This document shows positions 54,440 to 55,818 of a stretch of DNA of 55,818 nucleotides, piece after piece. Positions within the stretch are counted from its first letter, which is position 1, and every line of letters starts with the position of its first letter. The notes under the pieces were generated by a model. The model had not been told where the DNA came from. It worked only from the letters and a program-made list of their open reading frames with translations, and ran no database searches. The position numbers were made by a program, and so were the translations under genes. The DNA comes from Haliangiales bacterium (lineage in GTDB: Bacteria; Myxococcota_A; Polyangia; Haliangiales; SHYZ01). Location of the stretch: contig JBKJOI010000659.1 in the NCBI GenBank assembly GCA_046595695.1, positions 1-55,818 of the forward strand. Reading direction: 5' to 3'.

Positions 54440-55792
54440 ATGACGATCAAGCTTTCGCGACGCCAGTTGCTCGCGGGTGCCGCTGCCGCCGGCATCCTCG
54501 CCCCCTTCGTGCGCCCCAGCCGCCGCGTCCGCGCCGCCGAGGTCAACAACAAGACCAAGGCGATGTTCGTGTACGTGCCCGACGGCTGCATCCCCGACAA
54601 GTGGCACCCCAGCGGGTCGGAGACCAGCTTCCAGCTGAAGCCGATGACCGAGCCGCTGGCCGCGATCCAGCAGCACCTGGTCTTCCTGAAGGGCCTCGAC
54701 ATGTACGAGGGCGGCGCGACCCACGAGGGCGGCATCCGCAAGGTGCTGACCGGCAACGCGCCGGTCTCGCTCGACGTGTTCCTCGGCCAGAAGCTGAACG
54801 AGGTCGACCAGCTGGCGCACTCGTCGATCCAGCTCGGCATCGGCGCCAACTTCCAGAACGGCTCGGGCGGCTTCTCCTTCATCGGCGCCGGCCAGGAGGT
54901 CAAGCCCGACGACAACCCGCTCAACGCCTTCACGCGCATCTTCGGCGCCCCACCCGGCGGTGGCGGTGGCGGCGGCGGCGGCGGCGGTGGTGAGGAGAGC
55001 CCGGCGCTGCTCCGGCGGCGCTCGATCCTCGATCTGGCCAACGCCGACTTCGAGCGCGCGCGCACCCAGCTCGGCTCGATCGAGCAGGACAAGCTCGACA
55101 TCCACCTCGAGTCGTTCCGCGAGGTCGAGCGCCGCGCCCAGGGCACGCCCGGCGGCGGCGCCGCGTGTACCATCGCCGACTTCAACCTGCGCGGCTACGC
55201 CGACATCGAGACCGACTACTACCCGAAGACCTACGAGAAGGAGGACGAGTTCCAGCGCGTCGGCGAGCTGCAGATGGACATCGCGACGCTGGCGCTGTCG
55301 TGCCGCATGACCCGCGTGGCCTCGCTCATGTGGTCGCACCCGGTGTCGCCGACGCACATCTCCGCGAGCGGCGTCGGCATCGGCAACCACGACGCATCGC
55401 ACTACGGCAACCCCGACACCACCACCGCGCTGGCGTTCGTGTCGCTCAAGCGCTGGTTCATGGACCGCTTCGTCTACCTGGTGCAGAAGCTCCAGGCGAC
55501 GCCCGATCCCGATGGCGGCACACTGCTCGACAACACCGTGGTGTTCTTGTGCAGCGAGCTCGGTGACTCGAACAACCACGATCACCGCAACATGCCGTTC
55601 CTGCTGGCGGGCCACGCCGCCGGCCAGCTCGCGACCAACCGCCTGCTCGACTACAGCGGCTCGTCCAACGGCGCCAACCAGCCGCACTCCAAGCTGCTGG
55701 TGTCGATCGCGAACATGCTCTTGCCCCAGCCGATCAACGAGTACGGCTACACCGGCCACGGTACCGGTGGCCTGCCCGGGCTGCTCGGGTAG
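54440..55792 (+). CDS. DUF1552 (HXXSHH-family) Tat-exported protein
   Basis: SRRQLL; YVPDG; HDASHY; GTLLDNT; SELGDSNNHDH; poly-Gly linker. Confidence 0.92.
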   Translation: MTIKLSRRQLLAGAAAAGILAPFVRPSRRVRAAEVNNKTKAMFVYVPDGCIPDKWHPSGSETSFQLKPMTEPLAAIQQHLVFLKGLDMYEGGATHEGGIRKVLTGNAPVSLDVFLGQKLNEVDQLAHSSIQLGIGANFQNGSGGFSFIGAGQEVKPDDNPLNAFTRIFGAPPGGGGGGGGGGGGEESPALLRRRSILDLANADFERARTQLGSIEQDKLDIHLESFREVERRAQGTPGGGAACTIADFNLRGYADIETDYYPKTYEKEDEFQRVGELQMDIATLALSCRMTRVASLMWSHPVSPTHISASGVGIGNHDASHYGNPDTTTALAFVSLKRWFMDRFVYLVQKLQATPDPDGGTLLDNTVVFLCSELGDSNNHDHRNMPFLLAGHAAGQLATNRLLDYSGSSNGANQPHSKLLVSIANMLLPQPINEYGYTGHGTGGLPGLLG

Positions 55793-55818
55793 CACGCGCC
55801 CGCCCGCGCCTCCGTCTG

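Noticed and set aside
1-55818. IS elements, integrase, prophage, tRNA/rRNA, intrinsic terminators
   Set aside because: No transposase or integrase motifs, no recognisable structural RNA, and no clear hairpin plus U-tract seen by eye; a covariance-model search would be needed to exclude ncRNAs

Overview
Very GC-rich bacterial DNA whose gene families (DUF1592/DUF1552, DUF3570/DUF4266, many lipoproteins, dense sigma54 promoters) suggest a myxobacterium (inference). About 52 kb of the window looks like a low-oxygen / nitrogen-oxide respiration island. It carries (i) a Tat-exported type II DMSO-reductase operon of the periplasmic NXR/NAR type (alpha, beta, gamma, chaperone) with moaA, and (ii) a heme-copper enzyme with Gln at the active-site Tyr position (eNOR-like NO reductase) plus a CuA subunit, two small subunits, SCO, a cytochrome b-ferredoxin-MvhD fusion, a CuB-less COX1 paralog and heme O synthase. 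It also has (iii) two intact and one decayed ~1000-aa multiheme lipoproteins with a hydrazine-synthase-alpha-like middle domain, a beta-propeller and CX4CH heme motifs, and (iv) hemerythrin, cytochrome c', three Cys-rich FNR-like regulators, hemG and a Lol-like ABC system. The regulatory DNA is unusually readable: five FNR boxes are centred exactly 41.5 nt before a start codon, and 14 sigma54 -24/-12 motifs lie 12-14 nt before one, implying leaderless or near-leaderless mRNAs. Gene fragments (bcrB, Rrf2, bEBP, AMP-ligase, receiver, ferric reductase) are scattered throughout. Bases 1-174 form a perfect fold-back that is probably an artefact. No rRNA, tRNA, CRISPR or transposase was recognised. 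All family assignments come from motif recognition by eye, not from database searches.
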